Of a stretch of DNA of 64,000 bases, positions 39,907-49,714 are shown one piece after another. The notes under the pieces were generated by a model. It was not told where the DNA came from. It did not search any database and saw only the letters and a list, made by a program, of their open reading frames with translations. How positions within the stretch are numbered: the first letter of the stretch is position 1; every line of letters begins with the position of its first letter. Source of the stretch: Dehalococcoidia bacterium. GTDB taxonomy: Bacteria; Chloroflexota; Dehalococcoidia; UBA2979. The DNA lies in assembly GCA_963667465.2 (NCBI GenBank), contig CAXXDN010000002.1, positions 32,001-96,000 on the forward strand, in the 5' to 3' direction. The position numbers were made by a program, and so were the translations under genes.

Positions 39907-40722
39907 CTACGAGGCATGCCAGGCGCGCTGGAAGTAGCCCCAGAAGTCGATCATCAACACGCCCTGGCCGCCCTCGGTGACGGGCTGCGACTCGCGCTGC
40001 GGCCACGGGTCGACGCCCACCTGCTGCATCATGTCGATGTGCATCCGCTCACTCCAGGGCGCCTCCACCTCGTAGATGCAGAGGTAGGGCAGCGGGGTGC
40101 CGTCGATGCGGCGCTCGAGGATGTAGCGCGTCGCGCTGCGGAACGGGGGTGACTTGGCCACGTCGATCATGTGGTTCGTGGCGTACCAGTCGTCGAAGGA
40201 CCCGGTGTAGCCGAGGTCCGTCGGGTGCGTGAAGACGATCATCGCGCCCTGGAAGGCGTCGTCGCTCGTCGGGTCGGGGCGGCCGAAGTCGATCAGCTTG
40301 CGATACGCGCCGCTGCTGATCACCGAGCGTCCCGCGGCCTCCGGCATGGCGACGAGGGGATCGAAATCGTCGGCCGCAAGCTGGTAGGCGGCCCCGTAGA
40401 CGGCGGCCGGACGCGGGCGGTCGGGCACGGCGTCGCTCGGCGCCTCGCGATCCAGTTGATGCCAGAGCCGGTCCTCGTAGGCCTCGCTCAAGCCCTGGTT
40501 GATGCCGCGCGCGAGCGGCGTGGCGGGCACCTCCTGCTCGCGCAGCTCGAAGATGTTCGCCGCCGCCGCCGTGCCGCCGTCCAGCAGCGGGCGCGCGCGA
40601 TCCTCGAGGTAGCCCTCGAGGCTGGCGTCGCCGTCGACGGCGAAGAAGTCGAACAGCAGCGAGGCGACGGTCTTGTCGTCGTAGTGCGCCGTGAGGAGTT
40701 GCGGGTCCGCGGTAGTCGTCAT
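39907..40722 (-). CDS. Hypothetical protein with EthD/DUF4286-like alpha-beta barrel C-domain
   Basis: FDDWYATNHMIDV..P.F.SATRY, YLCIYEV. Confidence 0.7.
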   Translation of the reverse strand: MTTTADPQLLTAHYDDKTVASLLFDFFAVDGDASLEGYLEDRARPLLDGGTAAAANIFELREQEVPATPLARGINQGLSEAYEDRLWHQLDREAPSDAVPDRPRPAAVYGAAYQLAADDFDPLVAMPEAAGRSVISSGAYRKLIDFGRPDPTSDDAFQGAMIVFTHPTDLGYTGSFDDWYATNHMIDVAKSPPFRSATRYILERRIDGTPLPYLCIYEVEAPWSERMHIDMMQQVGVDPWPQRESQPVTEGGQGVLMIDFWGYFQRAWHAS

Positions 40723-40775
40723 AGTCGTGTGCCCTCTCGTCCGTCTCGGCGTCGGTGACGCCCTGGGCCCGTACT

Positions 40776-41486
40776 CTAGCCGACCTCGGTCGCCTCCTGC
40801 CGCGCCGGGAGCGCGAGACCGTGCAGCACGTGCAAGTCGTCGCTGATGATGCCGGTGACGCCCCACTCGACAAGCTCGCGGGCGTGCTGGCCACTCTCCA
40901 CGCCCCAGGCGAAGAGCTCCGGTACGCGCTCGCGCAGGCCAGCCACGCGCTTCGAGTCGAGGTTGCGGCGATGCGCTCCCACCGCCGGCAGCCCGCCCCC
41001 GCGTGCGAGGTCGAGCGCCCTCGCCAGGTCGTCGGCGGATCCGCAGGAGTAGACGGTGAGCACGTGGGGGAGCGCGCGGAAGGGAGTGAGCGAATCCCAG
41101 TGCCGCGCACTCACGATGTAGGGCTCGCCGGGGCGAAGCTGCGCCATGAGGTCGATCGTGGAGCCGGGCAGGCGGGGGTTCTGGCCCTTGAGATCCAGCA
41201 TCAGGCGCGTGCGCGGCCCGACGGCGTTGAGCACGCCGGCGAGCTGCAGGCGGCCCGGCCGTCCCGGCCGCAACCTCCAGCCCTCGCGCAGCAGCGGCAG
41301 CACGCCCGCCGCCCCCGCGTGCCGGACGTCGAGCCGCCCGCGGTGCAGCCACAGATCGAGTTCGACCACGTCGACACCCCAGCGCTGCGCCTCGGCCAGC
41401 CGCCGGAGCGTGTTGCCGCCACGATGCGCGATGCGTAGTGGACCGTGGAAGAGCGGGCGCGACGGGTGGCCGTCCGTAGCCGTCAC
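40776..41486 (-). CDS. Glycerophosphodiester phosphodiesterase family
   Basis: IAHRGG, VELD, LDLK, GVTGIISD. Confidence 0.88.
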   Translation of the reverse strand: MTATDGHPSRPLFHGPLRIAHRGGNTLRRLAEAQRWGVDVVELDLWLHRGRLDVRHAGAAGVLPLLREGWRLRPGRPGRLQLAGVLNAVGPRTRLMLDLKGQNPRLPGSTIDLMAQLRPGEPYIVSARHWDSLTPFRALPHVLTVYSCGSADDLARALDLARGGGLPAVGAHRRNLDSKRVAGLRERVPELFAWGVESGQHARELVEWGVTGIISDDLHVLHGLALPARQEATEVG

Positions 41487-41554
41487 CAGATCATCCCATC
41501 CCTCATCGCGCCGGGCGTTGCGGGGGGAGTCAGGCGCTACGCGGAGGATACAGC

Positions 41555-41580
41555 GAGGGGGCGGTCCGCGCCGCCCCCTC
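41555..41580 (-). terminator. GC hairpin downstream of the DUF35 gene
   Basis: GAGGGGGCGG-tccgcg-CCGCCCCCTC. Confidence 0.55.
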
Positions 41581-41618
41581 TGTGCTGCTTCGTGGCGTGT
41601 CGGCGCCGCTCGGCTGCC

Positions 41619-42128
41619 CTAGGGCGGGTAGCTGTGCGGGATCTGCCACGCCTCGTGCTCGTCCGGCTCGCCGGAGAGCTTCCACTGTGGCAGCCCCCAG
41701 CCGTCGCCGAGGTCGACGATCGTGACCTCGACGCGCTTGCCGATGGCGACATCCTCGCGAGGGGCGGGGTTGCCGTCGTCGCCCAGCAGGTTGCCGACGA
41801 TGCGCAGGGCGCGGTGCTCGCCCAGCGCGCCGCGCTCCTCGTCGAGCTCGACGAGGATCACGGGGTAGGGGACGAAGTCCTTGAACGCGGGGTTAATCGG
41901 ATGCGGGACGATGTAGTAGGAGTAGATCGTGCCCTTGCCCGAGGCAGGAACCCAGGTCATGTCGCTGCTGCGGCACTCCGGGCACATCGTGCGTGCGGGG
42001 TAGATCTTCGCTCCGCAGTCGTCGCACTGCTGGAGCGGGAGGTAGCCCTTGCCCGCCTCCGTCAGGTACTCGCGATGCTGCGGGTCGTTCTCCGGGACGA
42101 ATACGCCCGCTCCGAGGTATTCAGCCAT
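41619..42128 (-). CDS. DUF35 Zn-ribbon/OB-fold protein
   Basis: QCDDCG...CPEC, SGKGTIYSY. Confidence 0.92.
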   Translation of the reverse strand: MAEYLGAGVFVPENDPQHREYLTEAGKGYLPLQQCDDCGAKIYPARTMCPECRSSDMTWVPASGKGTIYSYYIVPHPINPAFKDFVPYPVILVELDEERGALGEHRALRIVGNLLGDDGNPAPREDVAIGKRVEVTIVDLGDGWGLPQWKLSGEPDEHEAWQIPHSYPP

Positions 42129-42158
42129 TGCTCTTGCTCCTCTTCGCCGGTCGCTCGC

Positions 42159-43403
42159 CTAGACCTGGTTCGTCATGACCAGCGACGAACCGGTCGGCGG
42201 CTGTGCCCAGCCGAGGTTCATCGTGATCTCCGGATCCCGAACCTGGCGGCAGGCGCCCTCGCTGTAGTCGTAGGTGTGGTCGCCGGTGCAGTAGTCGTCG
42301 ACCTCGCCGCGGAGCTGGCGCACGTTCTCGATGACCATGTTCATCCCGTGCGTGTAGCCCTCGCAGAGGTGACCGCCGGAGGGGTTGTTCGGCCGCTTCC
42401 CGCCCAGCTCGATGGTGCCGTCCGAGACGTAGTTGCCGCCCTCGCCGATCGGGCAGAAGCCGTAGGCCTCCAGCTGCAGCAGCGTGGTGAAGGTGAAGGC
42501 GTCGTAGGAGCCGGTGATGTCCACGTCCTCCGGGCCGATGCCGGCGTTCGGGAAGACCACGTCCTTCGTGTAGATCCCGCCCACCTGGTTGATCGGCCCG
42601 TGGTTCCAGTGGTAGTCGGGCGACCACTTGTGGGTGCGCCCGCCGGTCCCGAGGATCGCGACGTTCGGCCTCGGCAGGTCTCGCGCGCGCTCCGTGTTGG
42701 TGATCACGATCGCCGTCGCGTTGTCCGTCTCCACGCAGCAGTCCAGCAGGTGGAACGGCTCCACGATGTAGCGCGAGTTGAGCACGTCGTCGACCGTCAG
42801 GCGCTGCTTGTAGTAGGCCTTCGGGTTGTTCGAGGCGCCCTTGCTGTGCGCCACCTTGACGTGCGCGAGCTGCTCCGGCGTCGTGCCGTACTCGTACATG
42901 TGGCGCACGAAGGTGAGCCCGAAGTTCTGCAGCGCGCTGGCGATGCCGTAGATGCGGCTGTGCATCGTGTGGTCGCCGTGCCGCGTCATGAACGGAGGTG
43001 GCCCCGCCGGCGCGCCCACCGGCGTCCCGCCGATGCGCATCTCCGTGAAGCCGTTCATCGTCCGGTAGACGACCATCGCGTCACAGAGACCGGCCTCGAG
43101 CGCGCCGATCGCGAGCCCGATCAGTGTCTCCGAGGAAGATCCGCCGCCCCAGGTGTCCACCTGGTAGTCCATCCGCACGCCGAGGTCGGAGAAGATGATC
43201 TCGGAGCCGGCCGCGTCGCCGACCTGGTAGCAGGTCGTTCCCCAACTGGTGCTGTCGTAGTCGAGGCCGGAGTCGTCGATCGCCTTCTTGACCGCCTCCA
43301 CGCCCATCTGGCGCGTCGTGCGGCCGGAGTTGCGCGAGTACTCGGTCTCGCCAACGCCAACGACTGCGTACTTGCCTCGAAGCAGGCCATGACCTTTAGC
43401 CAA
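42159..43403 (-). CDS. Thiolase-fold protein (Ltp2/SCP2-like), close paralog of 8817-10046
   Basis: Nearly identical C-terminal half (SYDAFTF, GGHLCEGYTHG); TTG start with RBS AAGGAAGG. Confidence 0.9.
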   Translation of the reverse strand: MAKGHGLLRGKYAVVGVGETEYSRNSGRTTRQMGVEAVKKAIDDSGLDYDSTSWGTTCYQVGDAAGSEIIFSDLGVRMDYQVDTWGGGSSSETLIGLAIGALEAGLCDAMVVYRTMNGFTEMRIGGTPVGAPAGPPPFMTRHGDHTMHSRIYGIASALQNFGLTFVRHMYEYGTTPEQLAHVKVAHSKGASNNPKAYYKQRLTVDDVLNSRYIVEPFHLLDCCVETDNATAIVITNTERARDLPRPNVAILGTGGRTHKWSPDYHWNHGPINQVGGIYTKDVVFPNAGIGPEDVDITGSYDAFTFTTLLQLEAYGFCPIGEGGNYVSDGTIELGGKRPNNPSGGHLCEGYTHGMNMVIENVRQLRGEVDDYCTGDHTYDYSEGACRQVRDPEITMNLGWAQPPTGSSLVMTNQV

Positions 43404-43546
43404 CTGTGCCTTCCTTCCTTATGCGTTCGCCGCGCCGCACTCTACAGCACGGGCGCGATGGTGGCGACGCGATCCGCGCCCCGGCGCGCGTGCTGCAGGC
43501 TGGACAAGCGCGGCCCCGTCGCCTACCAATGCCCGAGGGAGGACGT

Positions 43547-44560
43547 ATGCCCAACCGCTACGTGATCTACGGCGCAGGCGGCATCGGCTGCGCCATCGGC
43601 GCGCGGCTCTTCGCCAGCGGTCGCGAGGTGGTCCTGATCGCGCGCGGCCCGCACCTCGAGGCCATCCGCGAGCGCGGCCTGACCCTCAAGACGCCCGCCG
43701 ACACGCTGGAGCTTCGCATCCCGGCAGTCGGCAGCCCGCACGAGGTCGACTTCCGCGAGGGCGACGTCGTCTTCCTCACGATGAAGACGCAGGACTGCGT
43801 GGACGCCCTCGACGAGCTGCGCCTGGCCGGCGGGGCCGGCCTGCCCGTCGTCTGCACGCAGAACGGCATCGAGAACGAGCGCATGGCGCTGCGCCGTTTC
43901 GAGCGCGTCTACGCCGTCGAGGTGCTGGTCGCCACCTCCTTCGTCGAGCCGGGCCTGGTCCTCAGCTATGACAAGCGCGGCGGCGGCACGCTGGTGCTGG
44001 GCCGCTACCCCGAGGGCGCCGACGACCGCGTGCGCTCCATGGCCGCCGACCTGACGGCCGCCGGCTTCCGCGGCGAGGTCGAGGAGCAGGTGATGCGCTG
44101 GAAGTACCACAAGCTGATCCGCAACCTCGGCGCCGCCTTCCCCGCCGTCTTCGGCCCCGGCGCCGACACCGTCGCGCTGCGCGCGCGCCTCGAGACGGAG
44201 ACGGAGGCGGTCTTCGCCGCCGCCGGCATCGACTACGCCTCGAAGGAGGAGTCTGCGGCGGCCGGTCGCGCGCCCGGCTTCGAGTGGGGCGAGATCCCCG
44301 GCCACGGGGAGTTCACCAGCTCCGTCTGGCAGGGAGTGCAGCGCGGCAACCGCAGCGTGGAGACTGACTACGTGAACGGCGAGATCGTGCTGATCGGCGC
44401 GCTGCACGGCGTCCCCACCCCGTGGAACCGCGCACTCCAGCAGGCAGCCAACCATTGCGTACGCAACGCCATCGAGCCCGGCTCGATCAGCGTCGACGAC
44501 TTCGTCGAGGACGTCGAGCAGGAGATCGCCGGGGCGGTGGCGGAAGGGATTGCACGATGA
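43547..44560 (+). CDS. Ketopantoate reductase (PanE/ApbA) family protein
   Basis: GAGGIG, MKTQD, QNG, KLIRN, ETDYVNG. Confidence 0.9.
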   Translation: MPNRYVIYGAGGIGCAIGARLFASGREVVLIARGPHLEAIRERGLTLKTPADTLELRIPAVGSPHEVDFREGDVVFLTMKTQDCVDALDELRLAGGAGLPVVCTQNGIENERMALRRFERVYAVEVLVATSFVEPGLVLSYDKRGGGTLVLGRYPEGADDRVRSMAADLTAAGFRGEVEEQVMRWKYHKLIRNLGAAFPAVFGPGADTVALRARLETETEAVFAAAGIDYASKEESAAAGRAPGFEWGEIPGHGEFTSSVWQGVQRGNRSVETDYVNGEIVLIGALHGVPTPWNRALQQAANHCVRNAIEPGSISVDDFVEDVEQEIAGAVAEGIAR

Positions 44561-45387
44561 CGGACATCGCCGGCAGCGTCGCGGTGATTACGGGCGGCGG
44601 CAGCGGCGCCGGCCGCGCCATCGCCCTCGAGTGCGCGCGCCAGGGGGCGCGCGGCGTCGTCATCGCGGACATCGAGGCCGGACCCGCCGGGGAGGCGGCC
44701 GCCGAGGTGCGCGAGGCCGGCGCGGCCTCGATCGCCGTCCAGACCGACGTGAGCGTTCGCGCCGCCGTCGAGGCCCTCGCGGCCCGCGCCTACGAGGAGT
44801 TCGGTGAGGTCAACCTGCTCTTCAACAACGCCGGCGTCAGCAAGCGCAACCCGATCGCCGAGGCCCCTGACGAGGACTGGGACTGGCTCACCTCGGTCGA
44901 CCTGATGGGGCCGATGTACGGCGTCTACGCCTTCGTTCCGCGCATGCGGGAGCAGGAGGGGCCGGGGCACATCATCAACACCGCCTCCGTCTCCGGGCTG
45001 GTGGCGCGCCCGAACGTGAACGGCATCTACACCTCGATCAAGCATGGCCTCGTCGGCGTCAGCGCCGTCCTCCACGACGAACTCGCCCCCGAGGGCATCG
45101 TCGTCTCCTGCTGGTGCCCCGGCGGGATGCTGACCAACATGCGGGACTCCGGCCGCAACCGGCAGGAGCGCTTCGGCGGCGCCTACCCGGAGCAGCCGCG
45201 GCCCGTCGCCCGCGAGCCCAACCCGATGACCGTCGACGACGTCGCGAAGCGCGTGCTCGCCGCCGTGCGCGAGAACCGGCTCTACATCTTCAGCCACCCG
45301 CACACGCGCCCCACCGTCGAGGCCTACTACCAGCAGATCCTCGACGATTTCGAGGCAGGCGAGCGCATCGCCGCCGAGCTGGGGTAG
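44557..45387 (+). CDS. SDR family oxidoreductase
   Basis: TGGGSGAG, FNNAG, YTSIK. Confidence 0.92.
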   Translation: MTDIAGSVAVITGGGSGAGRAIALECARQGARGVVIADIEAGPAGEAAAEVREAGAASIAVQTDVSVRAAVEALAARAYEEFGEVNLLFNNAGVSKRNPIAEAPDEDWDWLTSVDLMGPMYGVYAFVPRMREQEGPGHIINTASVSGLVARPNVNGIYTSIKHGLVGVSAVLHDELAPEGIVVSCWCPGGMLTNMRDSGRNRQERFGGAYPEQPRPVAREPNPMTVDDVAKRVLAAVRENRLYIFSHPHTRPTVEAYYQQILDDFEAGERIAAELG

Positions 45388-45398
45388 CGCGCTCGCTC

Positions 45399-46280
45399 AT
45401 GTCGAGGCTCAGCGAGACCGTTCGCGTCGGCTCGCTCGAGGTTGCCGCGATCAGCGACAGCGCACCGGACGTCACCGACTTCCAGCGCCACCTCCCCGGC
45501 GTCGACCCGGCCGCCTGGATGCGCGAGGTCGGGATCACGGACCCCTCCGACCCGGTCCCGTTCAACCTCGGCAGCTTCCTGATCCGCGGCGACGGCCGCA
45601 CTACGCTCGTCGACGCCGGCTACGGCGTCTTCGGGCGCACGCTCGGCACGCCGGGCTGCGGTGCGCTGCTGGAGCGCATCGCCGAGCTGGGCGTCGCCCT
45701 CGAGGATGTCGACGCCGTCGTGCAGACGCATCTGCACCCCGACCACGTCGGTTGGCTGATCGACGAGGACCGCGACAACGCGCTCACGTTCCCCAACGCG
45801 ACGGTCTACGTCTCGCGGACCGAGCTCGACCACTGGCTCGGCCCCGAGGCGGACCCGCAACGCCTGGAGTTCGTACGCCGCTGCGTGCTGCCCGTGCACG
45901 AGGCCTCCCGCATCGAGCCCGTCGACGGGGAGGGCACGATCTCGCCCTCACTGACGATGGTGCCGACTCCGGGGCACACGCCCGGCCACTGTTCGCTGCT
46001 CCTCTCCTCGGGTGGCGAGTCGTCGGGAGTCGAGCGCCTGCTGATCACCGGCGACGTCGCCTATCACCCCGCCCACCTGGTGCGGCCGGAGTGGCGCACC
46101 TTCCTCGAGCACGACGCCGCCGAGGCGGAGCGGTCGCGCCGCAAGGTCGCGGAGCTGGCGATCGCGCGTGACGCCCTCGTGACGGGCGGGCACTTCGGCA
46201 TTCCCACGCTCGGACGGCTGCGCCGGGTGGAGACGGGTTACGCCTGGGAGGCGCTCGCGACTCCCGAGCCGTACACCTGA
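45399..46280 (+). CDS. Metallo-beta-lactamase fold hydrolase
   Basis: THLHPDH, PGHTPGH, TGD, GGHF. Confidence 0.92.
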   Translation: MSRLSETVRVGSLEVAAISDSAPDVTDFQRHLPGVDPAAWMREVGITDPSDPVPFNLGSFLIRGDGRTTLVDAGYGVFGRTLGTPGCGALLERIAELGVALEDVDAVVQTHLHPDHVGWLIDEDRDNALTFPNATVYVSRTELDHWLGPEADPQRLEFVRRCVLPVHEASRIEPVDGEGTISPSLTMVPTPGHTPGHCSLLLSSGGESSGVERLLITGDVAYHPAHLVRPEWRTFLEHDAAEAERSRRKVAELAIARDALVTGGHFGIPTLGRLRRVETGYAWEALATPEPYT

Positions 46281-46337
46281 GGCGACCGCGTCGGCCCTCG
46301 CGGGTTTCGTTTACCCTAGCGCGGCAGGAGGACGTCC

Positions 46338-47552
46338 ATGGACTGGCAAGACAGCCCCGATCAGGCCGCGTTCCGCAGCGAGGTGCGCAGCTTCATCGAG
46401 CAGCGCCTCCCCGAGCACTACCGCGACCGCCCGCCCGGCGCACCCGACGAGTGGGTCGCCGACCGCGGGGCGCCGGAGCCGGAGCGCCGCGAGGCCGCCC
46501 GCGCGTGGGCGGTGGCCCTCGGCGAGCGTGGCTGGGTCGCGCCGCACATCCCCACCGAGTACGGCGGGGGCGGGCTCTCCAAGTGGGAGCAGTTCATCTA
46601 CAACCAGGAGATGGCCCGCGTCAGCGCGCCCGTCGTCGGCAGCTCGCACTCGGTCGAGATGCTGACGCCCACACTCGTCGTCCACGGTACCGACGCGCAG
46701 AAGAGCGCGTACCTGCCGCGCATCCTCGGCGGCGAGATGGTGTGGTGCCAGGGCTACTCCGAGCCGGGCGCCGGCTCGGACCTCGCCTCGGTGCAGACGC
46801 GCGCCGTCCTCGATGGTGACGAGTACGTGGTGAACGGGCAGAAGATCTGGACGACGAACGGCCACCACGCCGACGCGATCTTCGCGATGGTGCGCACGGA
46901 CCCGGACGCGCCCAAGCACCGCGGCATCAGCTTCCTGCTGATCGACGACATGACCATCGAGGGCGTCAGCATCCGTCCACTCGTCAACATGGCCTGGGAG
47001 CACGGCTTCAACGAAGTCTTCTTCGAGGATGTGCGCGTCCCCGCCACCAACGTGGTTGGCGATGTGAACCGCGGCTGGTACGTGTCCATGACACTGCTCG
47101 ACTTCGAGCGCTCCGGCGTGCGCCAGGCGACGAACGTGCGCCGCCAGTTCAACCAGCTCCTCGGTGAGGTGATCGAGCCGCGTGCGCCGGGCTCGGTGCG
47201 CAGCCTGCCGACCGTGCGCGCGGAGATCGCCGACCGCGCGATCGACACGGCGGTCTGCGAGAACTTCTCGTTGCGCGTGATCTCGATGCAGGCGGTGGGC
47301 CTGATCCCGAACTACGAGGCCTCGATGGGCAAGCTGCGGATCAGCGAGACGCTGCAGGCGATCTCGCGCACGGGCGTGCGCGCGTTCGGGCTCTACTCGA
47401 ACCTCTGGGACCCGGAGGACGAGCGCTCCCCCGCGCGCGCCGACTTCACGCAGCGCTACCTGACCTCGATCCCGCACACGATCGGTGCGGGCACCTCCGA
47501 GATCCAGCGCAACATCATCGCCACGCGCGGCCTCGGCCTGCCGCGGGGATAG
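46338..47552 (+). CDS. Acyl-CoA dehydrogenase
   Basis: WCQGYSEPGAGSDLAS, NGQKIWT, GTSEIQRNIIA. Confidence 0.95.
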   Translation: MDWQDSPDQAAFRSEVRSFIEQRLPEHYRDRPPGAPDEWVADRGAPEPERREAARAWAVALGERGWVAPHIPTEYGGGGLSKWEQFIYNQEMARVSAPVVGSSHSVEMLTPTLVVHGTDAQKSAYLPRILGGEMVWCQGYSEPGAGSDLASVQTRAVLDGDEYVVNGQKIWTTNGHHADAIFAMVRTDPDAPKHRGISFLLIDDMTIEGVSIRPLVNMAWEHGFNEVFFEDVRVPATNVVGDVNRGWYVSMTLLDFERSGVRQATNVRRQFNQLLGEVIEPRAPGSVRSLPTVRAEIADRAIDTAVCENFSLRVISMQAVGLIPNYEASMGKLRISETLQAISRTGVRAFGLYSNLWDPEDERSPARADFTQRYLTSIPHTIGAGTSEIQRNIIATRGLGLPRG

Positions 47553-47573
47553 GGGCGCTACCGCTGGCTGCGG

Positions 47574-47897
47574 CTACCGGACCGCGCTGGCGATCGTCTC
47601 GGACAGCCAGGCGTTGAGGCTCTTGCCCTCGGCTCTTGCGGTCTCCGTCGCCGCGCGATGGACATTGGGCGGAATCCTGAGCGGAATCTTGCCGGAGAAC
47701 GCCTTGTCGGGTTGCCGTCCTCGCTCCGCACATACCTTCAAGTACTCGTCGACGGACGCGGCAAACTCCTCGCGAAGGCCCGACACCGACTCCGATTGGA
47801 AGGTGATCACATCGCGTGTGCCTATCACCTCGCCATGGAAGATGTCGGTTTCGTCATCGAAGGTGACGGTTGCCCGGTATCCGCGGTACTCAATCAT
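47574..47897 (-). CDS. hicB: HicB antitoxin
   Basis: YRGY...FHGEVIG.RDVITFQ, FSGK..LRI, SLN.W. Confidence 0.93.
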   Translation of the reverse strand: MIEYRGYRATVTFDDETDIFHGEVIGTRDVITFQSESVSGLREEFAASVDEYLKVCAERGRQPDKAFSGKIPLRIPPNVHRAATETARAEGKSLNAWLSETIASAVR

Positions 47898-48172
47898 GCT
47901 CGCTGCTCCACGGTCTCCTCAGGCGTGACCCCTGCTTCCGTCAGGAATCTCCTCATGCTCGCGACGGACCCCTTGTCCGCCTCCTTGCGCGGATGGGGCC
48001 GGTGGAAGATCGCCAGCACGTCATGCAACTCGATCGCCACTCGTGACCCCGCCCGCTCCTCGATGTCGGCACCGCAGGCCAGCAAGAGCGATTCGATGTC
48101 GGCCCAGCGGATCCCCGCCTGCGTGGGCTGCCGGAAGACGGCGGCCAACGTTCTACGGTGACGACGCCTCAC
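47894..48172 (-). CDS. hicA: HicA toxin
   Basis: IRWADIESLL, GSRV, FHRPHP.KE. Confidence 0.92.
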   Translation of the reverse strand: MRRRHRRTLAAVFRQPTQAGIRWADIESLLLACGADIEERAGSRVAIELHDVLAIFHRPHPRKEADKGSVASMRRFLTEAGVTPEETVEQRA

Positions 48173-48176
48173 GCGA

Positions 48177-48197
48177 TGATATCAAAAGACGATATCA
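48177..48197. promoter_or_regulatory. Probable HicB operator
   Basis: TGATATCA-aaagac-GATATCA immediately upstream of hicA. Confidence 0.55.
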
Positions 48198-48215
48198 AGG
48201 GCCAGCCCCCAACCG

Positions 48216-49151
48216 CTAGAACATCGCGATCGGGTTGACGGGGGAGGCGGTGCCCTGGTCGAGGCGCAGCGGGGCGAGGGTGAGCAGGAACTCCCAGCGA
48301 CCCCGCTCCTCGCAGGCTGCGGCGAGGCGGCCGAGCTGCATGTTGTCGATCAGGTGGATGCCCATCGAGACGATCAGCACCTGGTGCAGCGGCGTGTCCC
48401 AGCCCTCGATCTGGTGCGGCATCGCGTCCGTGATCCCGTCGCAGCCGACGACGGCGACGCCGCGCTCGCGAATCCACGGGGCGCACGTCACCGACAGCCC
48501 GGCGATCCCCTCGACGCCCGAGGTCCAGTAGCCGTGCTCCTCGCGGCGCGCGTCGCGTCCGATGCAGACCAGCAGGATGTCGCCCTCGGAGACCGTGACG
48601 CCCTGGCGCGCCTCGGCCGCCTCGAGGTCCTCGACGGTGATGCGCGTGCCGAGTTCGAGGTAAGGCACACCGTGCAGGGCGGGGATGTCGAGCAGCACAC
48701 CGCGGCTCACCACGCCGTCCTGGCCGGACATAATGCTGTTCCGTCGCGCCCCGACGCTGGTGACCTCGGCCTGGTTGAAGCCGTTGTACATCTTGCCGTC
48801 GCGGAAGATGTGGCAGAGCGCGTCGAGGTGCGTGTTCGCCACGCCGTGCGGCGCGATCGAGAAGTAGTCGCTCGACCCTTGCAGGTTCTGAGGCCGCGTG
48901 ATGTCGCCGGCGACGAGCATCGTGTGCCGCACGGGCGTCGGGTTGTCGGCGTGCGGGTGCTTCGCGAGTTCGAGGGCGCAGCTGACGGTCACGCCCTCCT
49001 GGACGAGGGAGGCTGCTGCGGCGCGCTTCCCGGCGGTGATCAGGTTGAGCGCGCCGCGCTCGTCCTCGGGGCCCCAGCGGCCCCAGTTGGAAACCGCGTC
49101 GAAGATCGCCTGCAGCTCGTCCGGTGTGGTGGTCTCGGTGGAGATGGTGAT
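48216..49151 (-). CDS. Cyclase/kynurenine formamidase family protein (ATC start inferred)
   Basis: SNWGRWGPEDERGALNLIT lies upstream of the first GTG; HGVANTHLDALCH; AAGGAGG 6 nt before ATC. Confidence 0.85.
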   Translation of the reverse strand: MTISTETTTPDELQAIFDAVSNWGRWGPEDERGALNLITAGKRAAAASLVQEGVTVSCALELAKHPHADNPTPVRHTMLVAGDITRPQNLQGSSDYFSIAPHGVANTHLDALCHIFRDGKMYNGFNQAEVTSVGARRNSIMSGQDGVVSRGVLLDIPALHGVPYLELGTRITVEDLEAAEARQGVTVSEGDILLVCIGRDARREEHGYWTSGVEGIAGLSVTCAPWIRERGVAVVGCDGITDAMPHQIEGWDTPLHQVLIVSMGIHLIDNMQLGRLAAACEERGRWEFLLTLAPLRLDQGTASPVNPIAMF

Positions 49152-49213
49152 GGTGCGCCTCCTTGCGTCGCGGGGCCGGGCGGCCCTCGAGGATGGCCCG
49201 TGCCGGGCGTCCT

Positions 49214-49264
49214 CGTGCGAGGCGAGGCTAGCAGCGGCTTGCGGGGCTGACTACGGCGAGGGCG
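49214..49264. repeat. 51-bp perfect direct repeat, copy 1
   Basis: cgtgcgaggcgaggctagcagcggcttgcggggctgactacggcgagggcg, identical at 49835-49885. Confidence 0.9.
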
Positions 49265-49309
49265 TGGCGGGCCGGCGAGGGGCGTCGGCGCAGGCGGCGC
49301 TCGTCGCGG

Positions 49310-49714
49310 CTACATCGAGCGGCGCGCGGCGCGCCATTGCGCGATCGCCTCGGAGGCCAGCAAGACGATCGCGATTGCAACGAGGTAGTCCCAGAGCCAG
49401 CCGACTTCCTGATCGTTCCAGTGCGCCATGTACTGCTGCAGGTAGCGCACCCCGACGATGGCAGTCAGCGCCGTGACGACGTCGCGGGGCAACTGCCGCG
49501 CCGTCGCGGCTTCGCTGGCCCCTCGTAAGCGCAGCGAGTCGCGGACGTTCACGAGGGTGGCGAGGGCGATGGTGACGATCGCCGCCGGATCGGCGATGTA
49601 GTTCCAGATGAACTCGGCCGTGTCGCCGCTGGCGGCGTTGATGAAGATATTGAGCAGCAGCAGGGCGGACGCCGCAGCGCACAGCAGGGCCAGTCCGACT
49701 CGCCAGGTTGTCAC
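49310..49714 (-). CDS. Four-helix membrane protein, hypothetical
   Basis: Hydrophobic segments; RBS AGGGGG before GTG. Confidence 0.7.
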   Translation of the reverse strand: MTTWRVGLALLCAAASALLLLNIFINAASGDTAEFIWNYIADPAAIVTIALATLVNVRDSLRLRGASEAATARQLPRDVVTALTAIVGVRYLQQYMAHWNDQEVGWLWDYLVAIAIVLLASEAIAQWRAARRSM

